A stretch of DNA of 64,000 nucleotides from a virus (Duplodnaviria > Caudoviricetes). The stretch is taken from the IMG/VR virus record IMGVR_UViG_3300005439_000017, positions 1 to 64,000 of that record. One strand, 5' to 3'. The notes below the pieces were generated by a model, which saw only the letters and a program-made list of their open reading frames with translations, was not told where the DNA came from and made no database searches. How positions within the stretch are numbered: the first letter of the stretch is position 1; each line of letters opens with the position of its first letter. This document shows positions 9,295 through 17,480 of this stretch, in pieces. The position numbers and the translations under genes are program-made.

Positions 9295-9992
9295 TTCGTT
9301 AAAATTAAAGCATATAAGAGATGCTACTATAGAAGCAATAGATTATATCGATAAGCGTAGAAAAGGGCTTATAAAGCCTCTTAAAACACGCTGGAAGAAG
9401 ATAAATCAATATATGCCTATAGAGTGGCATACTCTTATTGCTCTGTGTGGCATATCTGGAAGTGGGAAATCCAGTATAGCCAATGAGTTAGAAACTAGTC
9501 TATTTGATTATAATCCTGATGAAAATTTTGCAGTCTTAAGTTTTAACCTTGAAATGCAATCTATGAAGCAGGTAGGTAGAAAGATAAGTTCTAAACTCAA
9601 GAAGTCAGTATCAGAAATATATAGTAATAATGAAAGATACCTTGATGATTCTTCATTTGAAGAAGTAAAGGATAAAGCTAGACAAATAGCAAATTATAGA
9701 ATATATTACTCCGATATCCCGGATACAATAGATGGTATGAAAAAAACCATCATAGATTTGTATAATTTATTAAAATGTCCATTAGTTATTATACTGGATC
9801 ATACAAGATTGATTAAACATATAGGTGATGAGAAATCCTCATTAGAAAAGCTAATGGCTACCTGTATAGAATTAAAAAAACAATATCCATTTTGTATAAT
9901 ACTGGTAAGCCAACTAAATAGAAATATTGAAGATTCCGATAGAATAAAACAAGCATCTTTACATTTTCCAACAAGATCTGATCTTTTTGGGT
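9275..9992 (+). CDS. dnaB: DnaB-like replicative helicase, exon 1
   Basis: TTG start; Walker A GISGSGKS, FNLEM, Walker B IILDH, and VSQLNR, ending in PTRSDLFG-T where homology stops abruptly. Confidence 0.85.
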
Positions 9993-10009
9993 CGAAAATA
10001 GCAAAAATT

Positions 10010-10041
10010 ATTGGAATTGTAACAAAGAATTCGTATATTTG
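10010..10041 (+). promoter_or_regulatory. Bacteroidota-type sigma promoter for the intron endonuclease
   Basis: TATATTTG (TAnnTTTG, -7 element) at 10034-41; TTG at 10011-13 with a 20-nt spacer; 16 nt upstream of ATG 10058. Confidence 0.55.
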
Positions 10042-10057
10042 AGAAAATATATGAAAA

Positions 10058-10795
10058 ATGAAAATAAATGAGGAGAAAATAATACAACTTTCTAAAGAGG
10101 GATATAGTAATAGCCAAATAGCAATAATTATGAATATGAATCCTAAAAACTTAACGAAGTATAGGTTTAGCAAAGGTATAAAATGTTCAAGGTATGATAA
10201 ATTAGAGATTACAGAAGAACAACGTCAAGTTATATTGGGATCTATATTAGGAGATGGTTATATAGGAATAGATTCAAAAATAGCTAAAGCTGCTAGAATG
10301 GCTATAAAACATAGTATTAAACAGAAGAAATATGTGGAATATAAGTATAGTATATTAGAAAATCTATGTAAAAAATTAACAATAGATAAGAGAAGGGACG
10401 AAAGATTTATAAACCCCGACTATGAAATGGTTTCTTTTAGAACAATGAGCCATCCAATATTTACAGAATATATGAATAAGTTTTATAAAAATCGTAAAAA
10501 AAGAATACACGAGGAAATTTTTAGTATATCTGGATTAGGATTGGCTATATGGTTTATGGATGATGGATATTTAGATCATAAAACTGTAAAATTTGCAACT
10601 AATTGCTTTACAATAGAAGATTTAGAAACTATTCAAAAGATGTTCTATACTAAATTTAATATAGAGATCACGATTCAAAAGAAACATACTATACGAATTA
10701 GACAGAATTCTACGGCTAAATTTGTTAATATTATTTCTCCTTTTTTAATAGAAAGTATGTATTATAAAATTCCAATACAATACAGGCCCAAATAA
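10058..10795 (+). CDS. intron-encoded LAGLIDADG homing endonuclease (LAGLIDADG_2 type) with N-terminal HTH
   Basis: QVILGSILGDGYI and GLAIWFMDDGY motifs; N-terminal KEGYSNSQIAIIMNM HTH-like segment; lies in the intron P1 loop. Confidence 0.9.
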   Translation: MKINEEKIIQLSKEGYSNSQIAIIMNMNPKNLTKYRFSKGIKCSRYDKLEITEEQRQVILGSILGDGYIGIDSKIAKAARMAIKHSIKQKKYVEYKYSILENLCKKLTIDKRRDERFINPDYEMVSFRTMSHPIFTEYMNKFYKNRKKRIHEEIFSISGLGLAIWFMDDGYLDHKTVKFATNCFTIEDLETIQKMFYTKFNIEITIQKKHTIRIRQNSTAKFVNIISPFLIESMYYKIPIQYRPK

Positions 10796-11022
10796 AACCA
10801 ATTTAAAACTGGAACATCCAGAAGTGGATTATCAGTTACCAATTATATGAACTTCATAAAAGTAATATAAAGGTTCAACGACTAGTAGATATGAAGAAGA
10901 ACAGAATCTACCACGAAATATTGGGTATTGTCTAATACAATATATGAGATAGTCTGAACTACAGATATAACAAAAATGAAACTGTAGAATTTAGAGATAA
11001 AGAACTCTAAAGATAACAACTG

Positions 11023-11219
11023 CTGATTCTATCTATCAAGGGTCAGATATAGTAGCTATAACCCATACACCAGCAAAACTAGGTATAATTAAATATGGAC
11101 CAGCAGGGTTACCAACTATGGGCAAGATTTTCTTGCATATAATAAAGAATAGAGATGGTGAACCTGTGACAATAACAATGATAGATAATCTACATCATAA
11201 TAGAGTAGATGAAGAATAA
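11023..11219 (+). CDS. dnaB: DnaB-like helicase, exon 2
   Basis: Missed by the ORF track. After splicing it reads (S)DSIYQGSDIVAITHTP...LHIIKNRDGE...DEE*, supplying the DnaB motif H4 continuation and the KNRxG arginine finger. 718+197=915 nt gives a 304 aa protein. Confidence 0.88.
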
Positions 11220-11544
11220 CATGTTCAAGAAAAATGATCAAGATAAACCAGATTTTACACAAATTCCACAAGAAGCTTTATTAGAAGTAGCCAAAGTATT
11301 TACTTTTGGTGGTAATAAGTATAACAATCATTTTAATTACTCTGAAGGAGGAGAATTAAGAAGATATGTTGCAGCTGCCAATCGTCATATAAATCAATGG
11401 CTCAGAGGTATTGATAATGACGAAGAAACAGATACTAATCATTTAAGTAACGCTATAGCTTCTTTGATGATGGCTTTGGATAATGTAAAAACTGGTAAAG
11501 GAGTAGATAATCGCAATAAATCGTATAATCGTAAAAATGAGTGA
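11209..11544 (+). CDS. dATP/dGTP diphosphohydrolase-like protein (DUF5664 family)
   Basis: KNDQDKPDF..IP..ALLEVAKVFTFGGNKY..FNY..G....RYVAAANRHI..W..G...DEET..NHL..A family pattern. Confidence 0.75.
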   Translation: MKNNMFKKNDQDKPDFTQIPQEALLEVAKVFTFGGNKYNNHFNYSEGGELRRYVAAANRHINQWLRGIDNDEETDTNHLSNAIASLMMALDNVKTGKGVDNRNKSYNRKNE

Positions 11545-12223
11545 ATTAGTAGGAATAGTTGGTATGTCTGGATCCGGCAAATCAACTTCAATTCGTAACC
11601 TAGATCCAAAAACAACTTTTATTATAAGAGTTACCAAAAAACCATTACCTTTTGCTGGCTACAAAAAGATGTATTCAGAGTTTAGTAAAGATAATCCATC
11701 AGGAAATTACTTCCAAAGTGATAATCCCATGATTATTAGTAAGACTCTGGATTATATCAATGAAAAAAGGCCAGAAATCAAAACTATAATTATTGATGAC
11801 TTTCAATATACTATGGGATTTGAGTATATGAGAAGGGCTAGAGAAAAGGGATATGAAATGTTTAAAGAGGTTGGACAGAATACGTTTAATCTTATAAATA
11901 AAGCAGAATCTCTTAGAGATGACATTATAGTATTTGTATTAACTCATCCGGAAATAGATACAGATGCTCTGGGTAATAAAATGGTTAAAATCAAGACATT
12001 AGGTAAAATGATCGATAGTTATATCACTCTTGACGGGATGTTTACTACTATTTTATATACTAATGTTGAAAAAACTAACAATGGTATTGAATATTGGTTT
12101 ACAACCCAGACAGATGGTGTAAATACTGCAAAAAGCCCAATAGGAATGTTTGATTCTTATAAAATACCCAATGATTTAACTCTTGTAATAGAAGCAATTA
12201 ACAAATATCAAAATCAATCGTAA
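11537..12223 (+). CDS. P-loop AAA ATPase (Sak4/AAA_24-like recombination ATPase)
   Basis: IVGMSGSGKSTS Walker A, KPLPF, IIIDDFQY Walker B, and TAKSP. Confidence 0.8.
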   Translation: MSELVGIVGMSGSGKSTSIRNLDPKTTFIIRVTKKPLPFAGYKKMYSEFSKDNPSGNYFQSDNPMIISKTLDYINEKRPEIKTIIIDDFQYTMGFEYMRRAREKGYEMFKEVGQNTFNLINKAESLRDDIIVFVLTHPEIDTDALGNKMVKIKTLGKMIDSYITLDGMFTTILYTNVEKTNNGIEYWFTTQTDGVNTAKSPIGMFDSYKIPNDLTLVIEAINKYQNQS

Positions 12224-12229
12224 TATCGT

Positions 12230-12751
12230 ATGAATTTAAATTTCAAAAACACAACTAACAACCAACCCAACTATGAAGGTCCTAGGAGACTTAAACCCGG
12301 AATTCACCTTGTGTCCATAACAGGAGTGACTGAAGGAGAAAGTGAGCACAAAAAGACACCCTATATCCAAATAGGATTTGTTGATGATTCAGGAGCTGAA
12401 CATACTGAAAAGTTCTGGACAACAGAAAAAACAGTAGAATTTTCTTCTGAGAAAATCAAAAGAATTGTCAGGGGAACTGATCAGGTAGTGCCTGATAGTG
12501 CTAGTACTGAACAATTACATAAGATGCTCACTGGAAAAAGAGGCTATCTTAGACTTCGTGGTGAAGAGGTAGTGATTAAAAATGGACCACAATCTGGTAA
12601 AACATTTGTAGCTTCAATCTATGGGGGATTCGCCTCTATAACCAAACCAGATAGTCTTAAATTTGATCCTGTTACAGATATCAAAAAATTAGATCAAGGT
12701 ACAGTACAAGCGACAGCAGCTAGTAACTCTACAGATGATCTTCCTTTCTAG
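12230..12751 (+). CDS. single-stranded DNA-binding protein (DUF669-like)
   Basis: OB-like beta pattern (PGIHLVSIT...YIQIGF) and an acidic C-terminal DDLPF tail; follows the AAA ATPase. Confidence 0.7.
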   Translation: MNLNFKNTTNNQPNYEGPRRLKPGIHLVSITGVTEGESEHKKTPYIQIGFVDDSGAEHTEKFWTTEKTVEFSSEKIKRIVRGTDQVVPDSASTEQLHKMLTGKRGYLRLRGEEVVIKNGPQSGKTFVASIYGGFASITKPDSLKFDPVTDIKKLDQGTVQATAASNSTDDLPF

Positions 12752-12777
12752 TTGTTAGTTAAAATTTGCTTATTTGT

Positions 12778-12797
12778 GGGGAGTGTAATAACTCCCC
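12778..12797 (+). other. GC-rich intergenic stem-loop
   Basis: GGGGAGT-gtaata-ACTCCCC perfect 7-bp stem with no U-tract after it. Confidence 0.5.
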
Positions 12798-12825
12798 TAT
12801 AATAGGCTAAAAAAGTAAAAAAAAG

Positions 12826-13092
12826 ATGAAAAAAAGAAATGACAAAAAAACAATTGGTAAAACAAAAGCAGCAGAGCTGATTACAGATAGTAAAGGTAAA
12901 TTCTTTACTGTTACTTTTATGAAAAAAGACAATACTATGAGGACAATTAACTGTAATTATAGTAAAAATCAGAAAAAATCAGCCCTTGGTTATATTAACG
13001 TCTATAGTATGAAAGATAAACAATATAAAAATATCAATATGCAAACAGTAAAAATGTTGGCAATTAATGGTATTACTTATAAAGTAAACTAA
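12826..13092 (+). CDS. small basic SH3/Sm-like beta-barrel protein
   Basis: FFTVTFMKKDNTMRTINC motif seen in small phage beta-barrel proteins. Confidence 0.5.
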   Translation: MKKRNDKKTIGKTKAAELITDSKGKFFTVTFMKKDNTMRTINCNYSKNQKKSALGYINVYSMKDKQYKNINMQTVKMLAINGITYKVN

Positions 13093-13100
13093 TACTATGG

Positions 13101-14075
13101 ATGTTATTAAAATTCAAACCTGATTTAAGGTCTGAATATATCTTATCTAGAGTCTCTGAAGAGCAAATATGTGAATATTATACTAATTCAAAGGTATCTT
13201 TAAAAGGGAAGTTCATAAAATCTCCCATAAGATCTGCCTTGGGATTACCTGAAGACAAAACCCCCTCATTTTCATATACTTATAGAAAAGGTGTGTTAAT
13301 ATGGAAAGATTGGGGAATAGGAAATTCAGGCAACTGCTTTGAATTAATTAAAGTATTATATAATATTAGCTATAAAGAGGCTTTAGAGAAGATATACAAA
13401 GATTTAATTGAGGGTAGATATATTATATCTAAACCATTAACGAAAGTGTCTTATATCGAAGATAATGAGGTTTTAATAAGCTATACAATTCAGCCATTTA
13501 CTGGGTTTGATATCTTGTACTGGCAAAAATTTAACATAGATATCTCATTATTAACGTTTTATAATGTATATTCTATAAAGATATTATCTGTTAAAGAACA
13601 TCAGTTTAACAGCTATTGGAGAAATCCTATGTATGTTTATACTTATAATAAAGATAATTTTAAGATTTATAAACCTTTTGATAATAAAAAATACAAATTT
13701 ATGAGGATTGGAAAAGGAGAATTATTAGAAGGCTATGACCAGTTAGATTGGGTTGGAAATCTATTAATAATAACTAAAAGTCAAAAGGACGTAATGTGCT
13801 TAAGGTCATTTGGTTATAATGCTATATCATTACAATCTGAAACTAGTAGACTATCAGAAGATACATATCGATTATTAAAGAAAAGATTTAAAAATATAGT
13901 AAGTCTTTATGATAAAGATATGTCTGGTGTGCAGGGTTCAAACAGATTATTAATAAGCTATAATATACCTCAATTATTTATAGATGATAAATACAATGTT
14001 AAAGATATAAGTGATTTCTGTGCTGAGTATGGTGCAGAGAAAACTAGAGAATATCTTAACTTTCTTCTAAATTAA
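13101..14075 (+). CDS. DNA primase (crAss-type, TOPRIM)
   Basis: ILSRVSEEQI..YY, degenerate Zn-domain SPIR..DKTPSF..WKDWG, TOPRIM LIITKSQKDVMCL, LYDKDMSG (DxD), and KDISDF. Confidence 0.8.
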   Translation: MLLKFKPDLRSEYILSRVSEEQICEYYTNSKVSLKGKFIKSPIRSALGLPEDKTPSFSYTYRKGVLIWKDWGIGNSGNCFELIKVLYNISYKEALEKIYKDLIEGRYIISKPLTKVSYIEDNEVLISYTIQPFTGFDILYWQKFNIDISLLTFYNVYSIKILSVKEHQFNSYWRNPMYVYTYNKDNFKIYKPFDNKKYKFMRIGKGELLEGYDQLDWVGNLLIITKSQKDVMCLRSFGYNAISLQSETSRLSEDTYRLLKKRFKNIVSLYDKDMSGVQGSNRLLISYNIPQLFIDDKYNVKDISDFCAEYGAEKTREYLNFLLN

Positions 14076-14119
14076 GGTGGACAGTACCAAAAACTGTTTT
14101 CCTACTTAATATTGGAAAC

Positions 14120-14689
14120 ATGACTAAAAGAAAACTAATAGAAACAATAGAAATACCACAATATATACAAGAAGTATGTATAAGCAAAAGAAGAAGACCA
14201 AAATATGATGAAGAAGGAAACATAACAAATAAAAGAACAGCAGGTAAACCAAGAATGTTACAGATAAATGGACAATCTTTATGGGTTAGTATGAATCCTT
14301 ATATTAGAAGTAAGATAGCAGATGAACTGAAAAAGTACTTCTATGAACAAATAAGACATATAGACCCTATAGAAAATTATCCAATATCTATTGATATGGA
14401 ATTTCATTTACCATATAAGAATTATGATATCGACAATTTATCAGTATGGTATCGCAAATGTTTTCATGACGCTTTAGCAGGTTCAGTAGGATATGTAGCG
14501 CAAGAAATTGAAGAAACTAACAGTAAAGGAGAAATAGTAACCAAGAAATATTACTTACCAAATCACGATGATTACCCTCCAAAAATTCCAGATGATAATG
14601 TCTCTTATATTCAGGAAGCTAATACTAAGTTTATTCCTGTAGATACTATGAATGATAGAAAACTTATAATAAAAATTTATAGAATATGA
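14120..14689 (+). CDS. RusA-like Holliday junction resolvase
   Basis: YPISIDMEF, YDIDNL (DxDN), DAL, and DDN acidic motifs. Confidence 0.65.
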   Translation: MTKRKLIETIEIPQYIQEVCISKRRRPKYDEEGNITNKRTAGKPRMLQINGQSLWVSMNPYIRSKIADELKKYFYEQIRHIDPIENYPISIDMEFHLPYKNYDIDNLSVWYRKCFHDALAGSVGYVAQEIEETNSKGEIVTKKYYLPNHDDYPPKIPDDNVSYIQEANTKFIPVDTMNDRKLIIKIYRI

Positions 14690-15612
14690 TAGATTATATA
14701 AGTTATTCATCTATGGGGGTTTTTGCTCAATCTCCACAATTATTCTATAGAACATATATTACTAAAGAGTTACCCAGATTAAATACTAAGAGTACAAGAT
14801 TTGGCAGTGCTTTGGATTGTTACTGTTTATCGTATGAAGATTTTAACGATAAATATGAAGTAGAAAGTGTTAAATCTATAGAAGGTAAAACAGGGCTATT
14901 TCTTGAAAAATATGCAGAGACAAATAATCTTGATAAAGCATATGAATATGCTGGATTTGAAATAGGGAAGAAGAGGGTTGAACTTCTACTAGATAAACCA
15001 GAGAATAAAATATATTTGGAACATTTAAAGAAACCAAAAAAGGAAACCAATAAAACAATAATAACAAAATCTGAATATGATACTATTGTAAAAATGGATA
15101 GTGCTCTAAGAACTAACATATTCACAAAAGAGATCTATGAGCCAGAACTATTTGCAGAATATTATATTCAACATGAAGGAAGTTTTCAATTTAATGGTTT
15201 TAAAATAGTATATAGAATAGACAAGATAACTCTTGACACTACTAAAAAGGAGATAATAGTAGATGATTTAAAGACTACCGGAAAACTATTAGATAATTTT
15301 AAAGATTCCTACGAGTTATACAATTATGATATACAAGCAGCTGTTTATACTTTAGGTATATACAATGAGCTAATAACAAAACAGGGAATCTTTGAAAAGA
15401 ATAGCGATTTTAATGAAATTAAATTTAGATTTATTACTATTGAGAAACAAGAACCTTATAGATCTTGTTTTTTTAATGTAGGAGATGATGAAAGAGAAAG
15501 AGCAGGAAAAAGGTTAATAGAGTTAACGAACGATCTAAAATGGCATTTAGAAACCAATAATTGGTTATATAAAAAACATTTCTATGATACTAATGGTAAA
15601 ATATTACTATGA
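14686..15612 (+). CDS. PD-(D/E)xK exonuclease (RecE/Exo VIII-like)
   Basis: ISYSS, FGSALDCY, RIDKI, DDLKTT, and YDIQAAVY. Confidence 0.8.
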   Translation: MIDYISYSSMGVFAQSPQLFYRTYITKELPRLNTKSTRFGSALDCYCLSYEDFNDKYEVESVKSIEGKTGLFLEKYAETNNLDKAYEYAGFEIGKKRVELLLDKPENKIYLEHLKKPKKETNKTIITKSEYDTIVKMDSALRTNIFTKEIYEPELFAEYYIQHEGSFQFNGFKIVYRIDKITLDTTKKEIIVDDLKTTGKLLDNFKDSYELYNYDIQAAVYTLGIYNELITKQGIFEKNSDFNEIKFRFITIEKQEPYRSCFFNVGDDERERAGKRLIELTNDLKWHLETNNWLYKKHFYDTNGKILL

Positions 15613-16076
15613 TTATAGGACAGAATTATTCAACAGAATTCCTCTTGCCCATATTCTTTAGTAAGAAAGACCAATTAACTGAGAAATTTCTAAATACTTA
15701 TATTATTGATATTAATAATATTGATACAGGAAATACACCAAAATTATACATACTGTTTGAAGAAGAGCCATTTAAAGATGATAGAATTACTAGCAGCTAT
15801 ACTAACAAAGATGGTATTATGTATGTATATAATATACCAGAAGATTATCACAAAGATTATGAACACTTCATGGATAGTCAGTATTCTCAATTTTCTATTA
15901 AATTAAAGGAAAGAATAATGAAGTTTTATGGAGAGGAATCTTATCAATATAAGATAGTAACTAAACATCCCGAAAGAAGAAAATGGCTAGAGGATAAAAT
16001 AGGAGAATCTCTAATACCAGATGCAGAACTACTATCTAAATTAGATATAGAAAAAGAAGTATATAAAGATAATTAA
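15609..16076 (+). CDS. hypothetical protein (155 aa), crAss-like conserved type
   Basis: ATGA overlap; C-terminal RRKWLEDKIG...DAELLSKLDIEKE resembles a replication-block gene I recall from crAss-like phages. Confidence 0.6.
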   Translation: MIIGQNYSTEFLLPIFFSKKDQLTEKFLNTYIIDINNIDTGNTPKLYILFEEEPFKDDRITSSYTNKDGIMYVYNIPEDYHKDYEHFMDSQYSQFSIKLKERIMKFYGEESYQYKIVTKHPERRKWLEDKIGESLIPDAELLSKLDIEKEVYKDN

Positions 16077-16079
16077 TAA

Positions 16080-16835
16080 ATGAAAACAAATAAAGAATTA
16101 ATAAAAGATCTAAACAGTCTAAGAACTCTAGGAGTTAATATTAATGTTGTAAACATGTTTTTTGAGGAGAGGGATAATAACTCTTTTCCAGAAACTCCTA
16201 AAGTTGTGACAGACCCTAGTCAGATTTATATTCATATTTACAAAAATACTAAACCTGAAGATGTTGAAAAACAAATAGAAAGAGCTAATAAGAAGATTGA
16301 TGATATTGAAAATGTATTTGTAACAACTGATATTTATAATGAATTGAAGAAAGAGTTTACAAATAAAAATCAGAACGAAAACAAAAAGTTTAAAACTAGA
16401 CCCGTAAGTCTAAATGAGTTAACTGGATATACATTTGCTCAATATGAGAATGTTTGGAGAGATAATATGGCAAAAAAAGTAGTAGATAGTTTTATGTCTG
16501 ATGAAAAATTACCAGAGGCTTCAGGTGAACCACCAGAAGAAACAGTTTCTAATACAGATAAAGAGTTATCTAAATCCGAATCTCCAGACGTTTCGATCTA
16601 TAATTTTTCACAATTACAGAGTATGTATATAACACAAACGGGGTGTTTAGATCCTGCTCAGTTTAATATGTGGAAAACTGCTAGAGGAATTCGTCAAGAA
16701 GATAGAAGTAGTAATACTTTGTATGATAGATATCGGAAAGAGTATTTAGCAGGAAAAGCAAGGAATAATGGTCAAACAAAGACAGAAAACTATAATACAG
16801 TATTAGATTATTGGAAAGAAGAAAAGTTTAAATAA
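16080..16835 (+). CDS. hypothetical protein (251 aa)
   Basis: Long ORF followed by a terminator; no motif recognised. Confidence 0.65.
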   Translation: MKTNKELIKDLNSLRTLGVNINVVNMFFEERDNNSFPETPKVVTDPSQIYIHIYKNTKPEDVEKQIERANKKIDDIENVFVTTDIYNELKKEFTNKNQNENKKFKTRPVSLNELTGYTFAQYENVWRDNMAKKVVDSFMSDEKLPEASGEPPEETVSNTDKELSKSESPDVSIYNFSQLQSMYITQTGCLDPAQFNMWKTARGIRQEDRSSNTLYDRYRKEYLAGKARNNGQTKTENYNTVLDYWKEEKFK

Positions 16836-16840
16836 TAACA

Positions 16841-16862
16841 GGGGGCTTCGGCTCCCTTTTTA
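16841..16862 (+). terminator. intrinsic terminator
   Basis: GGGGGC-TTCG-GCTCCC stem (cUUCGg tetraloop) followed by TTTTT. Confidence 0.75.
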
Positions 16863-16873
16863 ATTAAAATAAT

Positions 16874-17038
16874 ATGATGGAATTAAAGTATTGTGAGGGT
16901 TGTGAAGAACCTGAGGAAGAAATATCTGATATAAATGGGTATAAGCTTTGTGAAAATTGTGCAGACAATTATGAGAATAAAACAGGACACTGTTCTTTAA
17001 ATTGTTGCTTAACTGGATATTGTGATAGTAGTTGTTAA
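16874..17038 (+). CDS. Cys-rich mini-protein (54 aa, 9 Cys)
   Basis: Below the track cutoff. MMELKYCEGCEEPEEEISDINGYKLCENCADNYENKTGHCSLNCCLTGYCDSSC*; fills the gap exactly and has an A-rich leader. Confidence 0.6.
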   Translation: MMELKYCEGCEEPEEEISDINGYKLCENCADNYENKTGHCSLNCCLTGYCDSSC

Positions 17039-17049
17039 ATTAAAACCCT

Positions 17050-17415
17050 ATGACAAAACAAGAAATTATAAATGAATTAGAAAAGTTTAGTGTTGATAAT
17101 CCTGATGTTATAGCAGGGATTTTTAATGTAATTACTTATGTAGAAGCTTGGTTAGGTGGTATAATGTCTGTAGATTATATGCCCGAAGATAATGAGATAT
17201 TTATATCATTTGCAGACAATGAAGGTTTCCTCGCGTTGATTGTTAATACTGCAGGAGAATATAACATGAAGAAACACAATCCGGATACTTTTGAAGTAGT
17301 TGGTACTTATCCTTTTGCTAATTCTTATTCAACATGTATGCAATTATTATTAACATTTAACAAAGATCCTAATGATTTGCCTATACACGAACTATATATA
17401 AATGGCGTGTATTAA
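17050..17415 (+). CDS. hypothetical protein (121 aa)
   Basis: ORF with an A-rich leader; no motif recognised. Confidence 0.6.
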   Translation: MTKQEIINELEKFSVDNPDVIAGIFNVITYVEAWLGGIMSVDYMPEDNEIFISFADNEGFLALIVNTAGEYNMKKHNPDTFEVVGTYPFANSYSTCMQLLLTFNKDPNDLPIHELYINGVY

Positions 17416-17480
17416 ATATATAAAGATGGGATATAACGCAGCTAAAGATGGTGAAGAAATAAAAATAACTATAGAAGAAG

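Larger units (their letters stand above)
9993..11022 (+). mobile_element. group I self-splicing intron (IA-like, 1030 nt) interrupting dnaB
   Basis: The exon ends in U9992 and the intron ends in G11022. P1: UUUGGGU (9986-92) with GCCCAAA (10786-92). P10: CAG (10783-85) with exon-2 CUG. P3: CCAAUUU (10798-804) with AAAUAUUGG (10916-24). P4: AACUGG/UCAGUU. P5: AUCCA-gaag-UGGAU. P7: GACUA (10880-84) with UAGUC (10950-54). P7.1, P8 and P9 hairpins are present. Splicing restores the reading frame. Confidence 0.9.

Noticed and set aside
9993-10042. C-terminal KIAKIIGIVTKNSYI of the track's 255 aa DnaB ORF
   Set aside because: This is read-through into the intron; helicase homology resumes at 11023.
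11209-11544. Claim of a 2-aminoadenine (Z) or 7-deazaguanine genome from DUF5664 alone
   Set aside because: No purZ, datZ, dpdA or que genes in the window; kept only as a testable hypothesis.
665-15125. Short minus-strand ORFs in the replication block (665-883, 1200-1406, 4111-4408, 5862-6152, 8742-8966, 9799-10173, 11443-11637, 14820-15125)
   Set aside because: Shadow ORFs opposite motif-bearing genes, with F/I/L/S-rich composition typical of antisense AT-rich DNA.
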